From Diplonema japonicum (lineage: Eukaryota; Protista; Euglenozoa: Diplonemea), in the NCBI GenBank assembly GCA_964019335.1, contig OZ025722.1:62001-126000 (forward strand): a stretch of DNA of 64,000 nt, written 5' to 3'. A program made the translations under genes and the position numbers. This document shows positions 41,557 through 52,364 of the stretch, one piece after another. The notes under the pieces were generated by a model. It was not told the origin of the DNA, searched no databases, and saw only the letters and a program-made list of their open reading frames with translations. Position 1 is the first letter of the stretch, and each line of letters begins with the position of its first letter.

Positions 41557-42876
41557 ATGAACAACGCGGCTACCCCCGGCAGCCCTTGCCTTGTGTGCAG
41601 CAACCCCACAACGTTGGTTTGCGAGAACTGCAGTACTGCGGACTCTGCGTTGTACCTGTGTTCTGAGCCGTGCTTTGCAACAGCGCACCCTTTTCAAAAA
41701 GGGCATGTTTTGAGGGAGGCCGGGGGGGGAGGGGGGAGGGAGTGCAAGGAGCACCCCGGTCAGAAAATGGATTTAGTGTGCATGGAATGCAAAGGGGTGG
41801 TTCTGTGCAACACATGCTGGCGCGGCGACCATGCCACCCACGATGTCTCGTCTCTGTCCGAAGAAATGGTCAAGCTTCTCGACACAGTGCGAAGGGAGGT
41901 GGAAAAAGGCGAGAAGGCGAAGGACACCCTGACAAAACAATTGGAAACCCTTGAAAAAAAACACCTCCCTCGCGAAAGGCAAGCTGTCGAGACGTTTTTC
42001 AAACAGGCCGTCGAGCTGCTGACTGCAAGAAACAACTCTGTCAACGAGGAGCTAACCGCTCACTACGAAAAAATAAAATCGGAAACGGAAAAATATCTCC
42101 ACCTCGTTTCCAATAATGTTGCGAACAACTCCGACCTGCTGGGCACTCTCGGAAGGGAGCTGGCGAAAACCAGAACCAACTGCAGCGCGGACGTGTTTAC
42201 CGCCGCCAGAACCGGCTTCAAAAAATGCGTTGAACCTAAGGAGGTCCCACATCCCCATTTCGTCAAGGGGCATTTTATCAAAATGCTTGCGGAGGGCATC
42301 GACGGGCAGATCTTTGTGGAGAAAACCTCCAGCAAAGAACAATCAAATAGTTTTCACGCGTTTTTCGACCCCATTTTCACAGACGGTTCCAGCGCCGTTC
42401 ACGTATCTGGGGCAGACGGTCGGACCCTTGCGTTCAAACACGATGATAGCTGGAGAACAGCGCGCACTTTGCGGGCGTATGACGAATGGTCTATAATTTT
42501 ACCGTCTTGCAGCGTGCAAAATACGTCCATAGGGTTTCTCCCAAAGGACCTCCCTGGTGAGCTAATTGAGGAATACCGCCGAAACGGTCGAGCCGGCTTC
42601 GGCATCAAGACCTTTTCCGGTTTCTGCATAAGTAGCTATCACGGTTCTGTGCACTACCAAGGGGTAGTCCTCAAGCTCGAGACGTCCTTACGGTTTAAAC
42701 CTCACCTGATGGTGAGCTTTGTTGTTTCACGGGCGGCGGAAACCGTCACCATAACGCCGCAAGGGGGGCAGCCAGTGGTCATCCACGTCGAAGGTTTGCG
42801 AAACCAGGAAGCGTACCCTGCCGTCTCGCACCAACATGTGGGGGGCACTTGCGGTGGGTTCTCTTTCAAAGTTTGA
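41557..42876 (+). CDS. B-box + coiled-coil + SPRY-like (TRIM-like) protein
   Basis: CLVC..CENC..LC..C..H; CKEH..CMEC..LCNTC..H..HDV; coiled coil; beta-rich C-terminus ending YPAVS. Confidence 0.75.
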   Translation: MNNAATPGSPCLVCSNPTTLVCENCSTADSALYLCSEPCFATAHPFQKGHVLREAGGGGGRECKEHPGQKMDLVCMECKGVVLCNTCWRGDHATHDVSSLSEEMVKLLDTVRREVEKGEKAKDTLTKQLETLEKKHLPRERQAVETFFKQAVELLTARNNSVNEELTAHYEKIKSETEKYLHLVSNNVANNSDLLGTLGRELAKTRTNCSADVFTAARTGFKKCVEPKEVPHPHFVKGHFIKMLAEGIDGQIFVEKTSSKEQSNSFHAFFDPIFTDGSSAVHVSGADGRTLAFKHDDSWRTARTLRAYDEWSIILPSCSVQNTSIGFLPKDLPGELIEEYRRNGRAGFGIKTFSGFCISSYHGSVHYQGVVLKLETSLRFKPHLMVSFVVSRAAETVTITPQGGQPVVIHVEGLRNQEAYPAVSHQHVGGTCGGFSFKV

Positions 42877-43088
42877 AAAACGGTTGGCGTTTATGTTTGT
42901 TTTTTTTTTTTTTGTGGTTTGTTGTCTCGGTCATGTTACGAAGCGTCCGCTCCCTTTACAGGACCGTGGGCAGTACTCCCACTTCCGTTCCTATTCCAGT
43001 TGCTGTTGAATGGTCATTACTTCCCCCCTCAGACTTTTCACACTCACAGTCCTTCTGACACACAAAAAAAAAAAAAAGAAAAAAAGAA

Positions 43089-44165
43089 ATGTTACAACGC
43101 CTTGCGCTCCCCGTGCTGCTTGCAGCGTCAGGTGTGGAGGGCCACGGGTACGTGAAGGTCCCTCCATCGAGGAACTACATGTGCAGGACCGGGGGGGAGA
43201 ACCAGAACTGCGGTGCGGTGCAGTACGAGCCCCAGAGCGTGGAGGGTCCGGACAGGTACCCTGTGAGCGGGCCTCCTGACGGGACGCTGGCTGCAGCGGG
43301 GAGCTCCCGGTGGACCCCTCTGAACGAGCAGTCTTCGACGAGGTGGGCAAAGACAGCGGCGTCAGCTGGGAGGACAGACTTCACTTGGTGGTTCCAGGCG
43401 AACCACGCGACTCTGGACTGGCGGTACTACATCACGAGGGACGGGTGGGACCAGGAGGCACCGCTTGCGAGGAGCAGCTTCGAAGGGACCCCCTTCTGCT
43501 CCGTGATGGGGAACATGATGAACCCGCAGATCCTGACGACGCACTCCTGCACCCTCCCCTCCAAGGCGGGCTACCACGTCGTCCTCGCTGTCTGGGATGT
43601 GGGTGACACTGCCAACACCTTCTACAACGCCATCGACTTGGACTTTGGTGGTGGTGGTAACAGCCCACCTGTCCCTGTTCCACCTGTTCCAGTCCCACCT
43701 GTCCCTGTCCCTGTCCCCCCTCCTGCCTCATGCTCTCGTGTGATCCCTCTCTGGGCAACATGCACCACCGAAACGCACTGCTGTGCACCTGGAGCCAAGT
43801 GCCACCAGGTGAACAGGTGGTTTGCGCACTGCACCCCAGCGAACTTGACACCCACCCCTCCGACAGCCCCTCCGACGCCCCTCCCCACACCTGTTCCCAC
43901 ACCCGCGCCCCCAACGCCAGTCCCGACACCCTCGCCCCCGACCCCTGTCCCCACACCGGTCCCTTCCACACCGCTTCCTCCTCCTCCTCCTGCCACCCCT
44001 CCCCCGTCCCCTGGCAGTTGTTCCTTCGTTGTCCCCCTGTGGGGAAACTGTTTGAAGACACCGAGCTGTTGCGCCCCCGGAGCTGGGTGCTACAAGCAGA
44101 GCAGGTGGTACGCACAGTGCTTGAAGCCCGAGGCTAACTACTGGGGCGGTGAGAAGATTGGCTGA
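43089..44165 (+). CDS. AA10 lytic polysaccharide monooxygenase with Pro/Thr linkers and two CBM1-like modules
   Basis: Signal peptide then His1 HGYV..PPSR; CGAVQYEPQSVEG; second His ANHAT; WDVGDTANTFYNAID; two LW..C....CCAPGA.C....RW(F/Y)A.C modules. Confidence 0.92.
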   Translation: MLQRLALPVLLAASGVEGHGYVKVPPSRNYMCRTGGENQNCGAVQYEPQSVEGPDRYPVSGPPDGTLAAAGSSRWTPLNEQSSTRWAKTAASAGRTDFTWWFQANHATLDWRYYITRDGWDQEAPLARSSFEGTPFCSVMGNMMNPQILTTHSCTLPSKAGYHVVLAVWDVGDTANTFYNAIDLDFGGGGNSPPVPVPPVPVPPVPVPVPPPASCSRVIPLWATCTTETHCCAPGAKCHQVNRWFAHCTPANLTPTPPTAPPTPLPTPVPTPAPPTPVPTPSPPTPVPTPVPSTPLPPPPPATPPPSPGSCSFVVPLWGNCLKTPSCCAPGAGCYKQSRWYAQCLKPEANYWGGEKIG

Positions 44166-44276
44166 AAAGGGGGTAAAAAACAAATAAGAAAGAAAAAAAG
44201 AACCAAAGCAAGCCGTCAGTCTTTGCTCAGGATTCCATCCCTGAATGCTGTGACACACCAGAGGGTTTTGTGCGGG

Positions 44277-44307
<31 letters not shown>

Positions 44308-44739
44308 TTTTCTTCCCACCTGCACCTGCCGCGACGTTTGTTTTGATATCTTTTCTTTCATTCTCTCTTTTCTCTCTCTCTCTCTCTTTTCTTTTTTTTT
44401 TTCTTGAATAAATTTTATGAAACTCGTTCATTTTAATCTTTTTTTGAACAAGTGCTGTCCTTTGCGGTCGCAGAATTGTTGTCAGGACACTTCCTTCCTC
44501 CTCACCCCCCCCCCCCCCCTTCCCCCGATTGATAAAATTGAAACAACATGCACTCTCTCTGACTCCCAATGTCAATGAGATTCAAACATTTTGTTTCATT
44601 TTACACCAAAGCTCTTTTGAAACCATTTCATTTCATCCCTACACTTCTTTTTTTTTTTTTTTTTTTTTTTTTTCACGTGCTTATCCAATACAACTCAACA
44701 AACACAACCCAAAAGACTAGACAAGAAGAAAGAAAGAAC

Positions 44740-45260
44740 ATGGTTGAGGACAATGAAGTGTTTGGCGAGGTGAAGTCCGCTGCTGCAACAGGCGACCTGC
44801 AACACATGAAGGCAATTATCCAGCAAGGGACGGTCAGGTCGCTGCCATGAGGCTCCTCATCGACGAGTACAAGCTGGACCCTGGGGCAAGGGACACGAAT
44901 GGCACCACACCTCTCCATTTCGCTGCGCAAGCAGGCTTGCGGCAATGGACTGTCTCGTCAATGTTTACAAGCAAGAGCTGACGGTCGAGGACAAGGTATT
45001 CACACCGATTATGGATGCAGCACGAGGTGGTCAGCTGGAGGCAGTGAGGCACCTTGTTGAAAGTTCACAAGCAAAACCCTGGCTCAAGGACCACTGGCGG
45101 CTTCGCACCCATGGACGTCGCAGCAGGGAATGGACAGCTGGAAGTGGTTAGGTATCTCACTGAAGTCTGCAAACTTGACCCTGGGATGGAGGATGGGACA
45201 GGCATGCACAGGGCGGCAATGGAGAACAAGGTTGGTGTGATTAGGTATCCCCTCCACCGC
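44740..45260 (+). pseudogene. Frameshifted ankyrin-repeat gene
   Basis: Ankyrin pieces in alternating frames: AAATGDL, DTNGTTPLHFAAQAG, TPIMDAARGGQLEAVRHLV, APMDVAAGNGQLEVVRYL; breaks lack intron signals. Confidence 0.75.
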
Positions 45261-45496
45261 AAAAAAGGAATGAGGGGGAACGAGATTTTCCATAGTACTA
45301 AGGCAGAAATATTGGCTAGGGGCTTCATGTCTGTTGTCATTTCTTTAGAACGCCTGTCTGGGCCCTTGATGGTAAAATGCGGAACCTTGAGGTAACGGTA
45401 AAGTCATTGCTTGTTGGTAGTAAATAGCTATTCTTTTTTTTCTTTTTTGAGCAATCTAATTTTTTCTTCCCCCCTCTTCAGCTTAACTATATAAAC

Positions 45497-46408
45497 ATGA
45501 CACTCAATGACGAACGCAAGAAGACCCTTAGCAGGAAGCTGCAGAAGCAAACAGAGTACAATCCTGACCACAAAGACGTGATTGAGGAGGCATTCGTGAA
45601 GGCACTTAAGAAGAACTTCATCGGGTGTGAAGAACTGAGCATTGGTGAGGTCCTGTCATGGTGTACCCCTGAGGTGATGGCTGCATATAAGGAGGAATCA
45701 AGTAAGAAGAAGGATGCAATGATCAAGAAGAATGTAGACTTTTCAAGGAAGGCGGAGAGGATGGGCCAGAAGGCACTCCATTTGTCAAGAGGGGTGTTGA
45801 AAGCTATGTTTGTCTGCACCGATCGGAACTGGGCCACTGCTACTTGGTATTCAATGACAACAAAGAAGGGACACACTTACTACCTTGGGACAGAGATTGC
45901 ATTCTGCCCAGAAGCGCTCCCTGGCCTGTGTGAGGGGATCATGTTTGAGGTGGAGATGCAAACACCTGAAGACAAGGACCTTGCCTACGTGGCCCGCCTC
46001 TCAGACCTAGATGTTGATTTGAGGAGCAATTATGAAGTCTTTTACGGAGTGGACCCTGACACTCGTGAGTATGAACTTAAGACTTCTGGCAACGAGTCAG
46101 TTGATGCCGTAAAGCTATACAAGAAAGATATGTTCCAGATTGAGGCTTGGCTGGGAGAGTTGAAGGGGCTACTTGTGCGCACAACAGGGAACGGGATCCA
46201 AGAGTTACCAAGCAAAAAGCCTACCAAGGGGCAGTTGGACAACCTCTCAAGGTATTTGAGGAACTTGCAAAAGCTGCAAAAGGTAGACTGCGTTCAAAGG
46301 TTCGAGCTCAAGAGAGGCAGGTTGCAGTGCACAGTACCCGAAGAACTTCCTGAGCACATCCAAGAAAAAATGACGAAGATTTATGCGGAGATTGCTGACG
46401 GGAATTGA
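45497..46408 (+). CDS. Hypothetical protein, 303 aa
   Basis: Intact ORF after a pyrimidine tract and CAG; no family recognised. Confidence 0.65.
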   Translation: MTLNDERKKTLSRKLQKQTEYNPDHKDVIEEAFVKALKKNFIGCEELSIGEVLSWCTPEVMAAYKEESSKKKDAMIKKNVDFSRKAERMGQKALHLSRGVLKAMFVCTDRNWATATWYSMTTKKGHTYYLGTEIAFCPEALPGLCEGIMFEVEMQTPEDKDLAYVARLSDLDVDLRSNYEVFYGVDPDTREYELKTSGNESVDAVKLYKKDMFQIEAWLGELKGLLVRTTGNGIQELPSKKPTKGQLDNLSRYLRNLQKLQKVDCVQRFELKRGRLQCTVPEELPEHIQEKMTKIYAEIADGN

Positions 46409-46925
46409 AAACGAAGTTAGTTCACCTCATTTTTACTTTATTTCAATTTCTGCCTCATAGTGTTGACTTCCATTAATAGTGTCTTTGCTTTTGGGCCCAG
46501 GTTTTTTATTTTTATTTTATTCCTAGCCACTCAAAAAAAAAAAAAATCTGGGACCCGGACTCACAGACAGCCACCCTTTCTTCAGGTGAGGACCGGTAGA
46601 TGCAACTCTGCATTGGGAATGTGTCTATGATAAGTACTTTGAAGGTTCTTTACCTTTCTGTAACTCTTTCTTTGTTCCACATTGCCTTGTCGCTTCCACT
46701 TCCTCACTTTTTTTACTTAACACTCAGACACAAAACAAAGTGTCCCCCCTTTTTCAGACACAAAACAAAGTGCCCCCCCCCCTTTTTTTTCTTTACCCTC
46801 ACCACTTGAACTCCCCCTCTCTTTTTTGATTTTGATTCTTCAAGCCCAAGTCGAATTAGGCTCTTTTATTTTCTTTTTCATTTACCTTTTGGGCCCTAAA
46901 ATCATAAAACCCATTCGATCAAACA

Positions 46926-46960
<35 letters not shown>

Positions 46961-47039
46961 AGAAGAAAAAAAAATGCTTTTGTGGCCCTTCCCATCGAAG
47001 GTTACGGTGGCTGGTCCTGGGGTGTCCCTGAACGGTGGT

Positions 47040-47160
47040 GCGTCATGGTCGACGTGTCTAGGAACTTCATTAACATCGAAACTTGGACCCTTGTGTGAGG
47101 GACAGGGAGGGGCTCACCCCACTGTTCAACGCGGCTGAGGGGGGTAACGTTGAGTCCTGG
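47040..47160 (+). pseudogene. Ankyrin-repeat fragment
   Basis: LDPCVRDREGLTPLFNAAEGGNVE, similar to the 44740 pseudogene repeats. Confidence 0.55.
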
Positions 47161-47676
47161 CAAGGCGCAAGGAGGCTTCTACCACGATGAAAGGCAGTGA
47201 AGAGCTAATGTTTTTCAAAAAAAAAAAAAAAAAAAAAAATGAGTTGTTGTATCATCTGTTTGTTCTCCCACATTTTTATGTCCCCACCCTCAGCACAAAC
47301 AATGACAAGCACTATCTCTCATTGAGTTTGGGGCGAGCAAATTTGTTACGTGAGGGAAGAGTCCACGCGCCCGCAGTGATCAGAATGATAAAGGCGCCGG
47401 ATGCGGTTCGCTCACTCTCTCATTGTTAAGGAAGAACGTATCTTTCTTTTATATTTTTTGTTGAAAGGAATGGTAAAGAAAAAAAGAGGGGGGGGGGAGA
47501 AAAACCGAAACTTCTTTCTTCTCGTCTACCCCCAACACACACACACACATACAATTTACCCTAACTTGCATTTTTTTATTTATATTATCAACCCAAGCTC
47601 TCAAAAAATATTTAAAAAAAAAAAAAAAAAAAACAAAATAAAAGCACAAAAAATAACTATTTATTGCCAACAAATT

Positions 47677-48243
47677 ATGAGTCATTATTTAACTCGAGTT
47701 CCCGAATTTTTTGCACGAGGGCCCTGCGGGCCCTCGTGCAAAAAAACGGGTAACGAGAGTTAAATAATGGCTCATTTGGCGGCAAGTAAGTCGTTTTATT
47801 TCACTCTTCGTCATTTGAGTCACTCACTCTTCACTGCTTTCACTGCTGTTTTTTTTCACGCAGGTCAGCCTTTTTGGGGATTTTCCTAAGGTATATGGGG
47901 TTGCTATTTCGCCGTGGCATTTAAAGGGGAAGTAAGGCACTTATTCCCACTTTTAAGGGCTGGAATGGCCTCAGATGGCCAAAAATAGTCAAAATACGCC
48001 CACCCCAAAAAATTTTTTTCAAGGGGTTGGGTGCATTTTTTTCCACGGCGAGACTCATTTTTCCACTCTGAAGGGCCATTATTTCACTCTGAAGGGCCAT
48101 TATTTAACTGCAAAATCTCATTATTTAACTAGTTAAATAATGGCGATTTCAAATAATGGCCGTTTCGCGTTAAATAATGGCCATTTCGCGTTAAATAATG
48201 AGGCCCCTAGTGAGTGAAGAAAATGACGAAGAGTGAAATAAAA
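47677..48243. mobile_element. Non-coding hairpin/inverted-repeat element (putative non-autonomous transposon)
   Basis: ~99-nt hairpin 47677-47775; perfect 23-bp inverted repeat 47794-47816/48221-48243; 24-bp palindrome 48119-48142; reiterated CATTATTT(AAC) motif; relic at 2728. Confidence 0.7.
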
Positions 48244-48257
48244 AAAAAAAAAAGGAA

Positions 48258-49229
48258 ATGGCGACACTGGCAGAACAGATTTCCCAGAAAAGCGAGTCAG
48301 CTTTGGATCTCATTAAGGATATGATCTATCGGACGCCTTTGGCGAAAGCCTACTCGCTGGAGGCAGAACTGGGCCCCGACACCAACGTGCTGTTGAAACT
48401 AGAGAGCGAGCAGGTTACGGGGAGCTTCAAGGCACGCGGGGCCGCGTACAAAATAGCCATGCTAGAGGGGGATGGCGAGGTCACGACCGCATCGACAGGT
48501 AACCACGCCATGGCAACCGCTCACGCTCTGCAGTGCTTCAAGCGCAAGGGCACAGTGTATCTACCGAAAACAGCGGCAGAGCAAAAAGTAGAAAAGATCA
48601 AACAAAGAGCAGGCGATAGAGTAGAACTGAGATTCTACGGCTCCGACTGCATGCAAGCAGAGGTCGAAGCCAGAAGGGTAGGCGGGGCCGACTTCATTTC
48701 CCCATACAATGACATACAGGTTATAACCGGCCAGTCCACTATCGGTGTCGAGATTCACCAACAATTCCCAGGGGCTATTGATTACGTCCTTTTATCTGTC
48801 GGTGGTGGGGGTATGATATCTGGGGTAGCTGCTTATCTGAAATCTGTTGTCCCCTCTGTTAAGATTATAGGGTGCCAGCCATCCCAGGACGCAGCCATGC
48901 ACCGTTGTGTTGCCGCTAACAAAATACTTGAGATCGATTGTTTGCCCACCCTCTCCGATGGCACTGCTGGTAATGTGGAGCCTGGGTCCATTACGTTGCC
49001 ATTGTGTGCTTCTCTCGTGGACAGCTGGGTGGAGGTTTCAGAGGAGCAGATCGCATCGGCCATGAAGTGGATCTTCGACAAAGAGAGCAAGCTTATCGAA
49101 GGGGCAGCGGCCGTCCCCGTTGCCGCCTTGCTCGCCGATCCTGAAAAGTTCAAGGGTAAGACTTCCGTAATCGTGATCTGCGGTGGAAACATTGGAGCGG
49201 AAAAGATACTTAAAATATACGGGCACTGA
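48258..49229 (+). CDS. PLP-dependent threonine/serine dehydratase (fold type II, no ACT domain)
   Basis: LKLESEQVTGSFKARGA (PLP Lys); ASTGNHA; SVGGGGMISG; IEGAA; ICGGNI. Confidence 0.92.
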   Translation: MATLAEQISQKSESALDLIKDMIYRTPLAKAYSLEAELGPDTNVLLKLESEQVTGSFKARGAAYKIAMLEGDGEVTTASTGNHAMATAHALQCFKRKGTVYLPKTAAEQKVEKIKQRAGDRVELRFYGSDCMQAEVEARRVGGADFISPYNDIQVITGQSTIGVEIHQQFPGAIDYVLLSVGGGGMISGVAAYLKSVVPSVKIIGCQPSQDAAMHRCVAANKILEIDCLPTLSDGTAGNVEPGSITLPLCASLVDSWVEVSEEQIASAMKWIFDKESKLIEGAAAVPVAALLADPEKFKGKTSVIVICGGNIGAEKILKIYGH

Positions 49230-50173
49230 ATTTTTTTTTTTTTTTAAATAACTATTGATTTATGAAAAGTGTACTTTGTTTTCCCGCGGCTGATTATCAG
49301 CCAAGAGAAAGAGTAAAATCCACATTATAATTCATGATAATACGTAATTTTATGTATTTTTCTGGTTCCCGATGGCACTCCCGAACCCCAAAGCCAGGAA
49401 GTCTAGGATGTGACATAACATTAAGACAGGGGGTTGCTTGCACTTCTCGTCCACGCCTTCAGCATGGCAGTCAACCTGGGCCAGCCTTGCAATTTTGTGC
49501 TTATGCTTCATGGTATGGTTCAGGCGGCTTTAAAGGGACCAGAGGCTCGGCGGCTTTAACCCTCCTTTGTACAGGGCATCGAACTGCGTTATCATGTCGG
49601 CCATCCTGGGCTTTCTGATAGATGAGGCTGAACTCGATGAACTCCCTGAGGAACCTGGGTGCACTAGCGACGCATGGCCACGACAAGAGACCCCTGATCT
49701 CGTCCACCCAAACAGCTCCCTACTTAGAGGGGCTGAGCGATGTTCTTACTGCAGATGCCATCTATGACTATGACTGAAGGGCGAACCCCGACAGCCGGCA
49801 CCAGGATGCAACAGCAGAATGGTGACAGGATATGGCACAAATACCGCAAAAACTTGTTGATTTTCTGGCTTCTTTTCTCTGACGCCCCATTTTCACAATC
49901 TGCAGAAAAACATAGAGAGGGAAAAAATAAAGTACTTTGTGTTCCCTAGGGAAATATGGAAAATTTTATTTTCCCGGCTCTAGCCAAAATCCCCCTTAGA
50001 GGGAATCCAGAAACAAAAAAAAACGTAAAAAAATCCCCCCCCTTAAAAAAATGTAACTTTTTTTTTCCTTCACCTCACGTTTTTCTTCCCCCTCACCTTC
50101 TTTTCGTTATTATCCTCCAACAACGCAAAAAAAAAGGAGGGGGGGGGAGAGGTGTCCAAAAGAGAAAAAAAAA

Positions 50174-52090
50174 ATGAAACCCTTCGATCGCATCTGGGAG
50201 GAAGAAATTAAACAGAGTTTGATAACAGCTACGAACAACCAACTGGCTAAAAGAGTGAAAGAGGGCGTGAGGCAGGCCGAGCACAGGGAGATCTCCCCTC
50301 GGTTGATGAACACCCTTGTAAAGCATGCGGGCAAGGCTTCCGTGAGGGATGGGGTCATGGGGGACATGGTAGTAAGACGCTTTAGATACACAAAAGCAGT
50401 AACCGCTAAAAGCTTCTACCTGGCAATGATCCTAAACGGGTTGGCAAAAATGAACAACGCCACGCACATTCGACAGCTGACCGAACAGTACGTGGTAAAC
50501 GACAGTTTTCGGGATGTTGACACCAAAGCGGTTACCGCAATGCTGTGGGGAATGAACAAGGTCTCAGTCACCCCGCCTCAAGCGCTTAAACAAAGCATTT
50601 TGTTAAGGCCGTTTAGAAGGAGGTACAACCCCGGCCAGGTGGCTCTCATAGGATCGGTCCTTGGAGAGGAAAGCTTATCGCGAATCAAGGAATATCTCCT
50701 CAGTACAACTGACGTGGTAACCTTAGAGTGCATGGCAAGATTGCTAAAAACCTTCGGTGACAATAAAAGCGTCCGTTATTCTATCGTGCAAAAGATTGCG
50801 CACAACCCCGTGAAAGCGGAAGGGAAGCAGTTTTTTCGCGATGTCACCGAGGTCCTGAAGTACCTGCACAAGCATGATATTCCGTTGGAGCGCGAAGAGA
50901 GCATCAAAACGTTGAAAGCTACGAAATATCTTATCCAACAAGCTTTGAACCAAATGGCCGACAAGACGCAGCTGTTGGAGCCGCGGTGTGTTCTCTCGCT
51001 GTTCTGGTCTGCTTCAAGGATCCGTAGCAACAAGAACAGTTCGTCGTGGATGTCAGACGGCTTGTTCAGCAAGATAGCCAGAGATGTGGAGGCCAGTTTC
51101 GACATCGATTTAAAGGATCCTGCGAGCGTCTATTTGCTAGCGCAAATGCTGTGGGTGTTTCACAAAGAGAAGTGTAAAATCCCAGCCAAACTGGCGCAAC
51201 TCGCAGCGGAGATCCTCGAAATACACCCGCACCACGAACCATTCACAAGAACCAAGCTCCACCACCTTCTAAAAGACTCAGGTTCCGTAGGCACACGTAT
51301 CTCGAAACTAGAAATCAGGATGAAAAGACGGGACGGATTCTCCGAACTTAACACACATCAAATAGCTATGGTGTTGCAAAGCATAAGATACGCACTGGGA
51401 CGAGTCCCTGCTGATATCGTCGACCTGGCGGTGGAACGTATTGCAAGAACTGGGTTGCGAAACGCCACGGAAAAAGGAGTGGCATCCATCCTCAACGAAG
51501 TGAACGAGGGAAACATGGCTCTGATGGTCATGAAAGAGATCGAAGAAAGGGGTCTGCACGGCATCGGACCGCGTGCCATAGGTGTGCTAGCTTACTGCCA
51601 CGCAAGGGCCGGGCGGTACTCAACACGTTTCTGGGAGATGTTGGAGGAAGTTGCGAAATCAGATAAATCGTTGCGTTTTGATTTGAAATCGTGTTTTTTA
51701 GTATCGGCGTCGGTCTTGCGTGTCAAGAAAACACTCCCGCACACTTCTGCCCGGGTTACGCAAAGCCTTCTGGAGCTCGGTGTTTCAGACTTTGCTGCTC
51801 GTGAAGCAGCCCGGCTTGCTGCGATGGCCACCATGTCCCCTGAACCTTCCCAGATTCTCTTGTCCCACCTCTCTGCCATTATCGTGGCTGATCCTTCGGT
51901 GCTGTCCCACGTAGAGTGTGTCACGTTGGCCCGCGGCCTCGTGCAGGCCAAGATCCCGTCACCCGAGCTTTTTAAAGCCCTCCGGGATTCCGCAGCAATG
52001 AGGGGAAAGCAAAATACAAAGGGTGGTCAACCATACAGTGCCGTGGCTGTGCGTGGTGCGCTTTTTGAGGAAAAAAAGAGTTTTGCTTGA
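50174..52090 (+). CDS. Helical-repeat (FASTK/RAP-associated-like) protein, probably organellar RNA-binding, 638 aa
   Basis: Degenerate repeats VTAMLWGMNKV, VLSLFWSASRI, LNTHQIAMVLQSI, PRAIGVLAYCHARAG. Confidence 0.55.
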   Translation: MKPFDRIWEEEIKQSLITATNNQLAKRVKEGVRQAEHREISPRLMNTLVKHAGKASVRDGVMGDMVVRRFRYTKAVTAKSFYLAMILNGLAKMNNATHIRQLTEQYVVNDSFRDVDTKAVTAMLWGMNKVSVTPPQALKQSILLRPFRRRYNPGQVALIGSVLGEESLSRIKEYLLSTTDVVTLECMARLLKTFGDNKSVRYSIVQKIAHNPVKAEGKQFFRDVTEVLKYLHKHDIPLEREESIKTLKATKYLIQQALNQMADKTQLLEPRCVLSLFWSASRIRSNKNSSSWMSDGLFSKIARDVEASFDIDLKDPASVYLLAQMLWVFHKEKCKIPAKLAQLAAEILEIHPHHEPFTRTKLHHLLKDSGSVGTRISKLEIRMKRRDGFSELNTHQIAMVLQSIRYALGRVPADIVDLAVERIARTGLRNATEKGVASILNEVNEGNMALMVMKEIEERGLHGIGPRAIGVLAYCHARAGRYSTRFWEMLEEVAKSDKSLRFDLKSCFLVSASVLRVKKTLPHTSARVTQSLLELGVSDFAAREAARLAAMATMSPEPSQILLSHLSAIIVADPSVLSHVECVTLARGLVQAKIPSPELFKALRDSAAMRGKQNTKGGQPYSAVAVRGALFEEKKSFA

Positions 52091-52220
52091 AATAGGAGGG
52101 GCGGGGGGGGGGGGGGGGGGGGGGGAGGAATTATTTTTTTGTGTTACGTTCTGAGGAACGATTCTATCATTTCTTTTTTTTTGTTTTTGTTTTGTTTTAT
52201 GTTATTATTACTATTAGAGG

Positions 52221-52262
<42 letters not shown>

Positions 52263-52364
52263 CGTTGTCTTTTTCTGTTTCTTTCACCTGACAAAATACA
52301 TACAATATTTAGGGGTCAAATTTTAAACCGCTCAAGTTTAAAATTTAAAAAAAAAAGGGGGGGA

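Noticed and set aside
48064-48200. Short direct repeats resembling a CRISPR array
   Set aside because: Repeats are adjacent without unique spacers, there are no cas genes, and the context is eukaryotic
49260-49960. Non-homopolymeric segment bounded by similar GTACTTTGT.TTCCC motifs, possibly a decayed element
   Set aside because: No recognisable protein motif, TIR or second copy in the window
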